This document shows, one piece after another, positions 40,733 to 52,145 of a stretch of 64,000 bases of DNA. The first letter of the stretch is position 1, and each line of letters begins with the position of its first letter. Origin of the DNA: Felis catus (Eukaryota); assembly GCF_018350175.1 (NCBI RefSeq), contig NC_058368.1:82524001-82588000 (forward strand). The letters are read 5' to 3'. Below the pieces are notes generated by a model, which was given only the letters and a program-made list of their open reading frames with translations, was not told where the DNA came from and searched no databases. A program made the position numbers and the translations under genes.

Positions 40733-40856
40733 CCTGGAAGCGCTTGGCAGCCGCCTCCCGAAGAGAGAAGAAAATGTCACACATGACGGTCGGGCAGCTC
40801 ACTCCCGATTTGGTGATGATGTTGAAGATGCGGTCAACGTACTGCCGAAGATTCTC
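40733..40856 (-). CDS. RASA3: RASA3 exon 14 ([11 protein letters not shown]...AAAKRFQ)
   Basis: AG/GT boundaries, 124 nt. Confidence 0.95.
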
Positions 40857-41599
40857 CTGCAATAGGATGTGGGTGGGACACCCTGCCAGTGCCTGTGCAG
40901 GTCCCAGGCTGGGCGCGAGGAGCACTATGGCCACACCCGGGAGGGAGTCAGAGGCCGGGGACTGGCACAGAGCTTCCCACCGGCATTTCTGTGCAGCCAC
41001 AGTAGCCCCGTGGGGAGATACTGGAGCTCTGGGGTGCGGGGCAAGCCCCACTGACCCCCTCCTCTGCGCCAACCTCATAACTGGGCGCAGAGATACAGTT
41101 CCCTGGAATGCACCTCCTTGACGGCAAAAAGTGTTTTCTGTGAAAGCATGAAAAAGACTTAGCATAACCTGCCAAATCAGAGTTTTGCTGTTTTAAACAA
41201 CAGGACACCACTCTGCAGGGACACAGGGGCAGGTGGCCCGGGTTTGGGACCCAGGTCTGTTGCAGCTGGAGGACAGACCAGGCCAAGAAGAGGCCAGGCC
41301 ATGAGGCCAGCCTGGTAGGAAGGGTCCCGTGATCCCAGGAGAGGGGGAGGTGCAGGGGCCTAGTGCGCCAGGCCGGGAGCGCCACTAGCCAGCAGAAAGC
41401 GGCGGAGAGTGGCGGTGCACGGCAGCTGAGATGACCAGTCCCCCACCACAGGCTCTGGTGGCATCCTGCGGGGCACATCCCAGTGGGGCCCCCACCCCAA
41501 ATCCTAGAGAGACGCAAAGCACCCCAGGTGGCCCCGGGCCCCAATCCTGCACACAGGTCACGGGTCCCGGGGGGTGCTGAACAAACCAGAAATCCTTAC

Positions 41600-41674
41600 C
41601 ATGTTGTTCTCAAGGTTTTCTCCATCTTTCAGTTTCACGGGGTCAATTTCACAGGATTTGTGGCTCTGGCATAT
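41600..41674 (-). CDS. RASA3: RASA3 exon 13 ([25 protein letters not shown])
   Basis: AG/GT boundaries, 75 nt. Confidence 0.95.
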
Positions 41675-42290
41675 CTGGAAAGAGCAGTTAGGACAGGGAG
41701 TGAGGGACACAAAGTCCTGGGTTTCAGGCAGGTGCAGGTCAGGGGCATCAGCCTCAGGAAGGACACCAGGAGCCACAGCCAGCCCCCGAGACACAGGGTG
41801 GGAGGGGCGGCGTTCAGAGCAGCCAGACACCGGCCTCGGTCCGTGAGGACACAACTTCCTTGAAGACCCTTCTGAGTTAGCTCACGTGGCATCAAGCTTC
41901 ATAAAGTTTAACAATGTGATTACTTCAGTGTGGCCAAGCTTGCACATGGATCAAACTGTGTGATTTTAACGCGAGTTTAAGCTTCCTCACGTTGCAAATG
42001 GCCTGCATTTTATGAAGCTGTTCTGGGGAATGCTGCTGGGGATCCCGTCCGAGGTCAGGTGAGGAGCTCAGAGCCACGTGGGAAGGAAGTGTGTGGGGCC
42101 CCCGGCTGTGCTTGCCGACCAGTAAGAAATGACAGAAGAGCTGTCCACAGCCGTGAGGGGGCAAGACGTGACTGGCTTACAGATTTGGGGGACCCGTGCC
42201 TAAAGAAAGGGGTGCTCTCCAAAGAATCAGTTTTTCTCTTGTATGTCCCTTTGTCTTTATCAGAATGATAGATTTTCTGAAGTGAGCAAT

Positions 42291-42374
42291 TTTAATTTTT
42301 TTAATGTTTATTCGTTTTTGAGAGAGACAGAGACACAGAGAGACAGAGAGAGGGACAGAGAGAGACAGAGACAG

Positions 42375-42416
<42 letters not shown>

Positions 42417-42596
42417 AGAGAGGGAGGGAGATAGTGCGAGTGGGCGAGGAGCAGAGAGGAGACACAGAATCCGAAGCAGGCTCCAGGCTCCGAGCTGTCA
42501 GCACAGAGCCTGACATGGGGCTCAAACCCACGAACTGAGAGATCATGACCTGAGCTGACGTTGGGCACTCAACCAACTGAGCCCCCCAGGTGCCCC
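42291..42596 (-). mobile_element. CAN-SINE with expanded (GA)n tract
   Basis: Reverse-complement SINE head ending aggtgcccc. Confidence 0.92.
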
Positions 42597-42938
42597 AGCC
42601 CTCCATGCATTCTAGAGTGAGCATGGCATTTACCCTCAAGTAAGCATTTTCTTAATTTGAGGAAATGAAGGAGGTTCTGGAATACACACGGAAGGTCCCT
42701 GTGGGGATGCTGGGAAGAGGATGACCTTAGTCTTCACGCAGGTGTTCCCCCCCCCCCCCCGGGTGCTGCCTTCTCTGCATCCGCCTGTGGTCCACAGGGA
42801 AGCGCCCGTGTGGTGGAGAGGGGTCTGTCACCCCCTGACTCACTTCCTCTATGGTGGGGAGGGGTCCGTCACCCCCGTGCCTGTGGGCCCTGACTCACCT
42901 CCTCCATGGCGGGGAGGGGTCCATCCCCCCATGCTCAC

Positions 42939-43053
42939 CTCCTCTATGGTGGGCTTCAGGGTCACGTGCAGGTAATGCATCCCTGCCAGTTTCATTGTCT
43001 CATCGATACACTTGGAGGTCAAGGAGTTTCCTCGGAAAATGGTGTTGGGGTCC
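42939..43053 (-). CDS. RASA3: RASA3 exon 12 ([15 protein letters not shown]...KPTIEE), contains the GAP arginine finger (FRGN)
   Basis: AG/GT boundaries, 115 nt. Confidence 0.95.
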
Positions 43054-43790
43054 CTGTAAAACAGTGGTGGAGACAACTGTCTTTCAGGTAACAGGTGTCA
43101 ACAGAAGCAGAGCCTGTGAGCACCGTCCAAGGAGGAAGAGACCAGCTCACCCTGTTGAGTCTGCTTCCAGATGCCCTGGAGGGAAACAGACCCGCCCCGA
43201 TGTCCCACAGCTGGGAATCCTGAGCCCCGGGCCCTACCTGTGTAACAAACCCCTGTGCAGAGACCTGCCCCACCATTCCACAGAGCATCCACCCACCCAC
43301 TGCCCGCGTGAGGCTCAGTTCTGCATAAGTTCAGGCTTCTAAGGACCAAGCTGGGGTCACACAGAAATGCAGCAGGACAGTAACCCTAACAGGCTGTGCT
43401 CCATATCTTCTTGCAACTAGGGTGCATTCTAGATCTTTCTAAATCAGGAGCTCCAGGGAGACATTCTTCTTGGCAGAACCCACCCCCACGGAGTGGGCGC
43501 AGGTCCTGGGGCAGCAGCGACCTGGCCTTCTGCTACGGGCCTAATGTGAGCCAACAGGAGCTGAACCCACCCCCAAGGCAACTATAACTGGTGCCCTGTT
43601 CACCCCCTTCTCGCTCACATACCTCCGGATTTCCAAGAGAAAAGGTGTGTTTTTGAGGAACAGTGAGGGTGTCTCTGGAAGAAAACCTATAACGGTCACT
43701 TTAGCTGGCCCAGACCTGCGCTGACCAGCGTTGAGGGAGACTGCTGCTGCCCAGGTCACCCAGACTGCCCCCGCGCAGCCCCTCACTCAC

Positions 43791-43939
43791 TGGGTCCTCC
43801 GGACCTCGGCGTTGGCGATGGCGCTGATGAAGGGCACGACCCGGCCGTAGTGCAGGAAGAGCCTCACCAGGGGAATGGCGGCCTCCTGCTTTTCCTTGCA
43901 CACCTCGCCCAGGATGTGAGCTGCGGATGCGGACACCGG
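43791..43939 (-). CDS. RASA3: RASA3 exon 11 ([14 protein letters not shown]...AEVRRTQ)
   Basis: AG/GT boundaries, 149 nt. Confidence 0.95.
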
Positions 43940-44019
43940 CTGTGGGAAGGAAAGACACCATGGGACCCCAGTTGGAGGCCCACAGCCGTGGGGGCTGGTC
44001 AGTGGGCTGGGATCCCGAC

Positions 44020-44700
44020 GGAGGCTGAGGGGTGGAGTCGGGCTGGGGGCGGGGTCTAGGGGTGGAGATGGGGTGGAGGCAGGGGGTGGAGCCGGGGTCC
44101 GGGTCCCGGGGTGTAGAGCCAGGGCGGGACTGGGGGCGGAGCCAGGGGCGGAACGAGGGGGGGGCTGGAGGGCGGGGTCCGGGGGTGGAGTCGGGCCAGG
44201 GGCGGGGTTGGGGGCGGAGCCGGGCTGGGGGAGGGGTCCGGGGGCAGAGCCAGGGTTGGGGGGGCAGGGAGGCAGGGGGTGGAGCCAGGGGCGGGAGCTG
44301 GGAGCTGGAGGTGGAGGGCCAGAGGCTGGGGTGGAGCCAGGGTCGGGAGGGAGGGTGTGGGGGGGCAGGGGGCTGGGGGTGGAGCCGGAGTGGGGTGGAG
44401 GGGCAGGGGCTGGGGGTGGAGCCGGAGTGGGGTGGAGGGGCAGGGGCTGGGGGTGGAGCTAGGGTCGGGGTGGGAGGAGCAGGACGCTGGGGGTGGAGTG
44501 GGGGGGGGCACAAGGGGCTGGGGATGGAGCCGGGGTTGGGATGGGGACTGGGGCGCTGAGCCGGGGTCCAGGGTGGGTGGGCAGGGGGCTGGGGGCTGAG
44601 CCGGGGTCCAGGGTGGGTGGGCACGGGCCTGGGGGTGGAGCCGGGGTGGGGGGGGGGCAGGGGGCTGTGGGTGGAGCTGGGGTGGGGGGCAGGGCAGGGC
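44020..44700. repeat. G-rich degenerate repeat filling RASA3 intron 10
   Basis: ggggctgggggtggagcc variants. Confidence 0.85.
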
Positions 44701-44756
44701 GGTCCGCTGGCGTGCAGATGGTAGCAGGTGGCCCAGGGCGCAGCGCGCACAGGTAC

Positions 44757-44913
44757 CTCCACATCCGCAGACTTCAACAGCAGGTCCCGCAGTGGGCCGT
44801 AGTAGTCGGAGGAGAAGACGTGGTCTTCAGTGTAGACCACGTTCAGCCGCAGAGATCCCAAGTCCCCCGGCTTCAGGCTCTTGCTGCCGTTGTCTCGGGG
44901 CTGAAGGAAGTAC
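44757..44913 (-). CDS. RASA3: RASA3 exon 10 ([12 protein letters not shown]...LLKSADVE)
   Basis: AG/GT boundaries, 157 nt. Confidence 0.95.
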
Positions 44914-46441
44914 CTGGGAGCAGAGCACAGGGAAAGGGCTGCGTGAGGCGGCAGCACCAAGGGGCTGGTTCCCTCCAGGCCGCGCCCAGGGCTCTGCTCT
45001 GGCTGGTGGCCCGTCTTGCGCTGTGCCGGGGTCTGAGGTAGGAGGGGGCTCCAGGGCGATTCTGTAGGACACCTCTCTGCTCCCTGTGCCAGGGGTGTGT
45101 GGATCAGGCATGTTTGTCAGGGAACCCCCCCCCCCCTGCAGGGTCCGTGTGTCGGGGGGGAGGTGGTCAGTCATTCCCCACGCCCCCCCCACTCCCACCA
45201 GAGGCCTTTCCAATGGAGACCTGCAGGGTCTGTGCCCCGGGGCACCCCCCACAACACGTTGACTACGGGGGAAGAGTCTGCGGAGCCACAGACCTAGAAG
45301 TTAAGGTGGGAAAGTAGGGAAGGGTGGAGGGAACTGGGATGAGCAGGGGGAAGTAGGTGTGTAAGTAGTCAGGGGAGACTCTGCAGTACCAGAACTGTCC
45401 TGTGATGAATGCTCCCCTGCTAGCAATCCGCGGAGCAAAGCTGCGACCCTTGTATCGAATGTGTGGGGCCCTGAGCACCCGAGGGGCCTGACCGGGCGGG
45501 TAGTCAGGCCAAGCACCAGAGTACATGGGCACTTTCTCGCTGTGTTCTGACCGGACACTCTTCCCTTAGGTCTTCTGCAGTGTGGCCATGAGGGAATACT
45601 GCTCTGAGTGTCTAAGGGCCAGGCAGACATGGGTGTTGGTAGCTTGTGTCTGGCCGAGGCACCTGGCTAGGGGTCCACTGGGGCTGTCATGTGAATGTCC
45701 CCTCCTGGTTATAGAACTAGGGACAGTTCAGCTCCTCAGTGCTCCTAGCAGGAACCAGAAGCCAGCTGAGGGCTGTGCTGGTGCTGTCCTCAGAATTAAA
45801 GACACAAATTCTAGTTTCCTGGTGACAGTAAGCCGCCATTAGGCAGAACACAAAAATCTACCCACGCGGTGAGTTTGTAGATGTGCAGGGCTCTGGTATG
45901 TGGCATATGGCCTGTGATATCCCCCCCTTGTCCCCATCTTGTGTATCTGTTAAAGGAGAGTGTCTGTGGCTTCACAGTAATGACATTCACTGTGATATAA
46001 AGTGATTTATGAAATAATCATGAAATAAAACCAAGGCACATTCCTTATGCCAAATACAAAGTACCCAGAGAAAACAGGAGAGGAAGACAGAGAGTAGTGA
46101 GGCCTGCCTCCTGGGACACATGAGTGAGGCAGGAGGCCGAGCTGAGGGAGATCTGCCTCAAACAGCACCTTGTTCCCTTCCTCAGCAGGTGACACCTGTG
46201 ACGACGGGCCATGGGGCAGCCTGGAGCAGCAGGGCTCTCCAGGTCAAGGCCCTCAGCCACCATGGCACCTGTGTGCTACCTCTCACCTCACCAGAGCTAG
46301 CTGGGAGCACGTGCAAAACCAAGGAGGTGGCTAGGAGGGGGCTGACTCGTGTCATCTCATTCTGGCTGTTCCACACTGCCTCAGCCACCCTGTCCCTCCA
46401 CCTATCAGGAGGGTGTGGGGCCAGGCATGCAGCCACCTTAC

Positions 46442-46546
46442 CAGGCTTCGTAAGAGCTGGACTGTCGCAGCACATTCAGCGGAACCCTTAGTTCTCCCAG
46501 AAACTCATCTCCAAATTTCAAGTTGCTGGCATTCCAGAGGTCAACT
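46442..46546 (-). CDS. RASA3: RASA3 exon 9 ([35 protein letters not shown])
   Basis: AG/GT boundaries, 105 nt; translated by hand because it is absent from the ORF track. Confidence 0.95.
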
Positions 46547-47315
46547 CTGAAAAACAGCCAACGGGGCACAGATCTCCATCAGGGATGGCCTAGGGAGGGC
46601 AGGCCGACCGCAGTGTTCCTCATCTTCCCCAGAAGGGTCTGGGACAGGATAGAGCCTTCAGCCCCACAGGCCAGCCTCCATGAAGAGCCACACTGACTGA
46701 GAACATTTGAGATGTGAGGTCAATGCAGGATGTGACTTTGGAATGAAGACATGTGTTCCCTGGGCCTGGGGGGTAGGGAGAGGAGCTGAGGGCCTAGGGT
46801 TAGGGTAAGGGGCCTCCTGCCTTTTCAATAGGATGGGAAGACCATGCACTTGGGTGGAATTCTCACTGTTCCCTCTGATTTGGGGCCATGGTGACTGTAC
46901 ATGTGGGATGGAAGGATGGGATGGACAGACGGTGTTTCCGGGTGCTGACAAGCAAACATCGTGTGTCCCCCACAGTAAGCAGGGATTACTCCATGAGCTG
47001 AAAGTTCTCACCACACTTGGTGGTCACGGGGAAAATTTTGGAAGACCACACCAGCCCTCTGTTGCCCCTGAGGTCTGAGCAGGAGCCGCAGGCATCGTTG
47101 GGGGGTATAGGGTGTGCCACAGGAATCCAGATGCGTCAGGGACATGGAGAGGAACAATGTCCCATGGCATTTTTAGCATAAACAAAGAGCCTTTAATCTG
47201 CCAAGCAACACCTTAGCAATGGGCCAAAAAGTTTCCAGCCAGTCTTTTCTTCTTTTTAATAAGAGAAGCATTTAAAAATATTTTGGGTTTGTCTGTTTAC
47301 AATACAACAGCTAGA

Positions 47316-47545
47316 GGGGCGCCTGGGTGGCTCAGTCGGTTAAGCGTCCGACTTCAGCTCAGGTCATGATCTCACGGTTCGTGAGTTCTGGCCCCACGTC
47401 GGGCTTTATGCTGACAGCTCGGAGCCCGGAGCCTGCTTCAGATTCTGTGTCTCCCTCTCTCTCTGTTCCTACCCCACTCACATTCTCTCTCTCTCTCAAA
47501 AATAAATAAACATTAAAAAAAAAAAATTAATTTAAAAACAAACAA
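47316..47545 (+). mobile_element. CAN-SINE with target site duplication acaacagctag
   Basis: Duplication at 47304-47314 and 47546-47556. Confidence 0.93.
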
Positions 47546-48613
47546 ACAACAGCTAGGGAGGGCTTCACTCTTGAATTTAAAGCCAAGTCTTGGATATACA
47601 CTTCTTTCTCTGAACAAGAAAGGGGACCCGTGTCTGAGGGAGTTGGGGCACTGCCTCTGACCCCTAATGGGACTTGCAGACGTGTTTGGAAATGGAACAC
47701 TTAACCTAAGTCTGTGCTCAAGCCAAGACCTGTGTGTGGAGGCTGGCTTCCCTCAGGACTCGAAGCCACAAGAGGAATGGAAAAAGAGGCCAGGGGTCCC
47801 ACATGTGGGGGAGGGAGGGGCCTCAGTCCACCCCCCACACCTGACAGCCCCCACCGGCCCAAGCCCCACCCTCTGCCCCATGGCCTGGTTATTGTTCAGA
47901 GGCCTGAATTGTCACTGCAGGCTCAGGGAACACCAGGGTGCCCCCCAGTTGAACGTCTGTGGTATGTCCAGTCACGTCTCATGCCCCTCAGGAAGCCCTG
48001 ACCCTACAGGAAGGCAGATTGCAAACCATGTCAGATCTGAAGAATTCTTCAGGTTCTGGTGAGCAGGTCAGACCTAAACGTGGATGATGGGAAAGGACGC
48101 CAGGTGATGGTCTCACAAGGCGCTGGGAGGGAGGCCGTAGAGAGGCTGGGCTCCCAGGGGCTGCAGCCAGTGGGCATGAAGCCTCGGAGTAGCCCCTCGA
48201 ATGGATGCCGGGGGACCTCTCGTGCAGCCTGTGCACACCATGGCCTTGACCGTGAGCACCCCGAAAGCAACAGGACCTCGTGCTAGGCTGGGTGAGGCCA
48301 CCGGGTGGACGGAGCCTCACACACACTAAGCAGCTTGACCTCGCCTCTGAAAAAATACTGCAGTGTGAACTCCAAAACCACATTTGTCCCTTGGGTTAAG
48401 TAAATGTCCTCTCAGGCACCACCCAACAGCTGGGAAGTTTACAGCTCTTACTTCAAGCAACTCCCAGTGTCCTACTATTAAAATTAGCAGAACATTGAAA
48501 ATTCCTCTCTCTCCTTTCCCTTATTTGTAGAAACAAAACGAAAACCAAACAGAAGAGGTGAGTTCAGACTGCAACCCCCAAGCAGGAGCCTCAAAACCCC
48601 AATTCTCGCTCAC

Positions 48614-48690
48614 CGGATTTCAAGTTTGTCTACGTCTTCCTCCTCAAAGTCAAAGTGGGATTTCCGGCTGTAGCTGCAGGGTCTGGTCAC
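48614..48690 (-). CDS. RASA3: RASA3 exon 8 ([26 protein letters not shown])
   Basis: AG/GT boundaries, 77 nt. Confidence 0.95.
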
Positions 48691-50907
48691 CTGGAGGGAC
48701 AGATGGGCAGAAGCCTGTGTGTGCCACATCACTGCCCACTGAGCACCCCCACGGGCTGGCCACCCCAGGCCCAGGGGAAGAGGCCAGGGGTCCCCCACCC
48801 AGAGCTGAGGTGGGATCCCAGCCTGCAGGCACACCCTGAGCCCCATCTCCAGGCGGCTGGGGCGCAGCAGGCAGGGCTGTGCCAGCACTCCACACGCTCC
48901 TCCTGGCTATCCTCCCAACACCCCCTAAGCACCTGGGCCGGGTCCCTCCCTCCTCAGCCCCAAAGCTCCACACACCTCCCCTCTCCCTCTCCCTCCTGAT
49001 CTCACCCCTCCCCAACCTCCCATGTCAGCACCTCCACCCTTATGGCATGTTGGCAGTCCATGCTTCTGCCTCCTGAGCAGGGCTCCCGTCCATCCACGGC
49101 CTAGCCTGGCCTCAGCCACATCCACCTTCAGCCGAGCCTTCTGAAGGCCCCCTGGTGCCCCAACTAGTTCCCCTCACCCAGCACACAGGGAGTCTTTCTA
49201 AACCTGCACCCCCTGCCTGGCTCACCGTTGGACCTCTTCCTCACTGGGAAGCCTGAAGGTGACTGTGAAATGCCCCCTCTTCCAGGAAGCCCCTCAGAGT
49301 CTCAACTGCCTGATATGGTTCACAGTGCTGATAAGGTCTATCATTTGCTGTCTGGCTTCCAGTATGGTGGCTATGAGGTTCCTGCGTGGCACCTAATGTA
49401 TCCACTGAGTGAATGAATGTGGCTTTGATAGAATTTTAAATAATTTCAATAAAACATTTAAGGGTTTTTATGTAAGTCTAGCCATTATCCTGGGACAAAC
49501 TGGTCTGGCAGCTACTTCCTGTTGAAACTCCTGTAGGAGGTTGTGTGCCAGCCCAAAGCCCACCACTGGGACACCCTGCTCCTTCTGCCAGGGGCTCAGC
49601 CTCAGGGTGAGTCAGAACTGTGGGGCTGTTTGCAAGCTGAAGCAGAAGGCATGCACAGAGAACCAGCAACGGGGTGTACTTGTCGAGCAGGGCTTGGCCC
49701 TTTGAGTCTAAAACCATAAAGTCCAGCCAGAAGCATGCTCCAAGGTCCTGTGGTCTGAGGCCATGGGAGAGGCAGGTGCAGCCTGAGAGCCTACATCTAG
49801 GCCTGCCCTGGGATCCTGTAGGATGTAGGCCTACCCCTGTGCTCACCTGTACTTGGGGCTTACTGAATTACTCTAGGGAAATGAGGCCCACATTAATGAG
49901 TGAAATATGGGTATATGAAATAGAAAACAAGCCCACAGAAGTGGACGTAATGCTCTGGGTGATGCAGGCTGCAGCAAAAGCCTATGGCTTTACCGTGTGT
50001 TATATTAAAACAAGTTTGGAAAGTGCTGATCTAACTATTCTAGGCAGCCTAGATATCGAAGGCTCTGGCTGCTTTTAATGCTTTCATATTAAAAACTGTT
50101 CCTTATTCTCTGTTCCAGATCCCTCCCTGTCTCTGGAGTCCTGGCATGGATCCCCCTTGAAATCAGGTTGACAACATCAGCTTCCTGCCTGATCTTGAGT
50201 CTCTTAAAAACCATTTTCTTCACGCGGCTATGAAACAAGAATGTCCTTCTGGGACAGAAAATGGTGCTTTGCCTTCAGCACTCTGACCCCCATACCCCTT
50301 CTTACAGCTGCCCCAAAAAGCCTGGCTCCTCCGTTTCAGAAACCCATGGGCTTTCTGGACACCAGTCAGAAAAGGTCCAGGTTCTCTGCCTGTGAGCTGC
50401 TTGGTTCTAACCCATCTGTCCAGCGTCATTTACCAAACTCCCCCTTCTTGCACCAGCCCCACTCTGCATCTCGATACACTCTTTCCTTCAGCCTCATGAT
50501 GCACCTTCCAGACTCTACTCAAGGGTCCCTGCTCTGCGAAGACTTGCTCTATTTCACCAGTCGTTTGCTTCCTGGTCCCCAAAGCCACTGACTTAGCAGC
50601 ACTGAGCAAGTGCAGGAACCCACTTGTGTGCCCTCTGCGTGGAAGCAAGCTCACGAAGACAGGAGTGGAGGCCTCATGCCACCTTGGCCGCCCAGGACCT
50701 GGTGTGTAGGAAATGTGCAAGAGACCTTTGCAGATGGGAGCACATCAGCCTCAGTGTATTTCCTACGGGTCACGTTTAAACTGAAGCATCTGCGTTTGCT
50801 CCCTGCTCTGTTCCCAGTCCTCAGCTCTCATGGCTTCCATCACACTAATTTCACTGGTTTACAGTTCTGAGGCAGCCAAGGGGTCTCTTTGTTCACATAT
50901 GTTTCCT

Positions 50908-51120
50908 TGGGGCACCTGGGAGGCTCAGTCGGTTAAGCCTCAGACTTTGGCTCAGGTCACAATCTCACAGTCCGTGAGTTTGAGTCCCATGCCGGGCTCT
51001 GTGACAACAGCTGGGAGCCTGGAGCTGCTTCGGATTCTGTGTTCCCTCTCTCTCTGCCCCTCCCCCACTCATGCTCTGTCTCTCTGTCTTTCTCAAAAAT
51101 GAATAAACATTAAAAAAAAA
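50908..51120 (+). mobile_element. CAN-SINE
   Basis: Head ggggcacctgggaggctcagtcggttaagc, (CT)n tract, polyA. Confidence 0.92.
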
Positions 51121-51477
51121 GCAAATACATTTCCTCTTTTGCTTCAAACCCCCTCACTATTTCTGGTCAACAAGCATCCCTCCACAGCTCAGGGAAGACT
51201 AGTGAAGCAGGCAAAAAAAAAAAAAAAACCAAACCAACCAAACAATAGAAAACCACCAAATCCTGATCACTTGGAAAGTATCAGTTTGTCAGCATTCAGA
51301 TCAGAACTGGGGAGGGGAGGAAAGTTCCTCCAAAGGCAGCACAGGAAGGAGGGAGGGGTCGTGTGCCTCAAGGTCGCTGTGGGACCTGTGGAAGGAAGGT
51401 GACCCTGCCTGAGGCCTGTCAGATCCACCTCCTCCCGCAGGGTCTCAGTGTGACGTCTGTGGCACTGAAACACCAAC

Positions 51478-51550
51478 CTCAAAATAAAACACTTCATCAA
51501 ACTGCGGGTTGTTGGTCTTCTTTTTCACCTTCGTCTTCTTTGCCTCTGAT
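51478..51550 (-). CDS. RASA3: RASA3 exon 7 ([24 protein letters not shown])
   Basis: AG/GT boundaries, 73 nt, peptide match. Confidence 0.95.
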
Positions 51551-52064
51551 CTGAACCGGGGAGGAAGGGTGAAGGTTAAAACCAATGCTGCTGATGCCAA
51601 ATCTCTCGCCCATAACTTACTGCCTCTCTTGTCTTGTAAATATTTCTGCCGGGTTACCCTCCCAACACCCGCTAAGCACCTGGGCCGGACCCCTCCCTCC
51701 TCAGTCCCAAAACTCCACACACCTCCCTTCTCCCTCTCCCTCCTGATCTCACCCCTCCCCAACCTTCCCATGTCAGCACCTCCACCCTTATGGCATGTTG
51801 GCAGCCCATGCCTCTGCCTCCCAAGAAGGACTCCCATCCAGCCACAGCCTGCAGACGAGGAACCCTTACTGAGCCAAGAATACCCAGTGTGAAGAAGCTA
51901 AGGGCTTTCTTCACAAAGCAGTTTTAGGGCAACAAAAGAAAGAAAAGTAAGCCAGAACAATATATTCCACCACAGGGCCCATCCTGCACTTCCCAAAACA
52001 AGGAGGCCTCAGCATCATCGCACCGGAGTACAGCTCACCGGAGAGGCCTAGACACGGTACTTGC

Positions 52065-52145
52065 CTGCACGGTCCTGCCAGGGCCACGGTGGCGTAGGGG
52101 TCACACTGCCCGTTCACGATGGGAAGGCCTTGGCACTCGAGGATG
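52065..52145 (-). CDS. RASA3: RASA3 exon 6 ([26 protein letters not shown]), C2B domain, GC donor
   Basis: cag acceptor; donor CAG|GCAAGT keeps the frame into exon 7; 81 nt. Confidence 0.92.

Noticed and set aside
43701..44960. 419-aa proline-rich ORF as a separate gene
   Set aside because: It is RASA3 exon 10 read through a C-rich repeat intron.
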